Source: Eledone cirrhosa (taxonomy: Eukaryota). From it: a stretch of 64,000 bases of DNA. Positions 63,840 through 64,000 of the stretch are shown one piece after another. The stretch is taken from positions 12,462,001 to 12,526,000 of the forward strand of contig OZ024756.1 in the NCBI GenBank assembly GCA_964016885.1, in the 5' to 3' direction. The notes beneath the pieces were generated by a model, which saw nothing but the letters and a program-made list of their open reading frames with translations, was not told where the DNA came from and made no database searches. How positions within the stretch are numbered: position 1 is the first letter of the stretch; each line of letters opens with the position of its first letter. Both the position numbers and the translations under genes were made by a program.

Positions 63840-64000
63840 TGAACCAGTCAAATATGAAGTGAATACTGTAGTAATTATTCGTTGGTTGTCTGATGACTGA
63901 AAGCCATGGCTGTCCTAATGCTAATTATTCTTGCAGCTAGATTCCATTATTTAGAAATAAAGGGATGCCAAAAATCATCCAACAATACTTTTGTTGGCAG

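Overview
Repeat-rich eukaryotic (animal) genomic DNA. The tRNA-derived SINEs, RTE-like LINEs and (TA)n/(CAT)n density resemble a coleoid cephalopod (Octopus-like) genome; this is an inference from repeat style. Almost all long ORFs in the track are artefacts of tandem repeats. The real coding signal is one minus-strand, multi-exon gene, which I assembled by hand from 19 GT-AG exons (51096 down to 1478; 2286 nt, about 762 aa, all phases compatible). It encodes a long coiled-coil protein with CEP164-like motifs, and its 5' part lies beyond the window end. The introns hold about 16 copies of a TTAA-flanked piggyBac-like MITE carrying a variable internal 60/72-bp array, tRNA-SINEs sharing a 3' tail with an RTE LINE, hAT, mariner and Helitron-type relics, and more than 12 minisatellites, many abutting exons or seeded inside transposons. 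The most unusual signal is a set of minimal hammerhead-ribozyme motifs (Penelope-type) in short cassettes embedded in (TA)n tracts, including a near-perfect fold-back with two opposed hammerheads. Transposon boundaries are approximate unless a target-site duplication is quoted.
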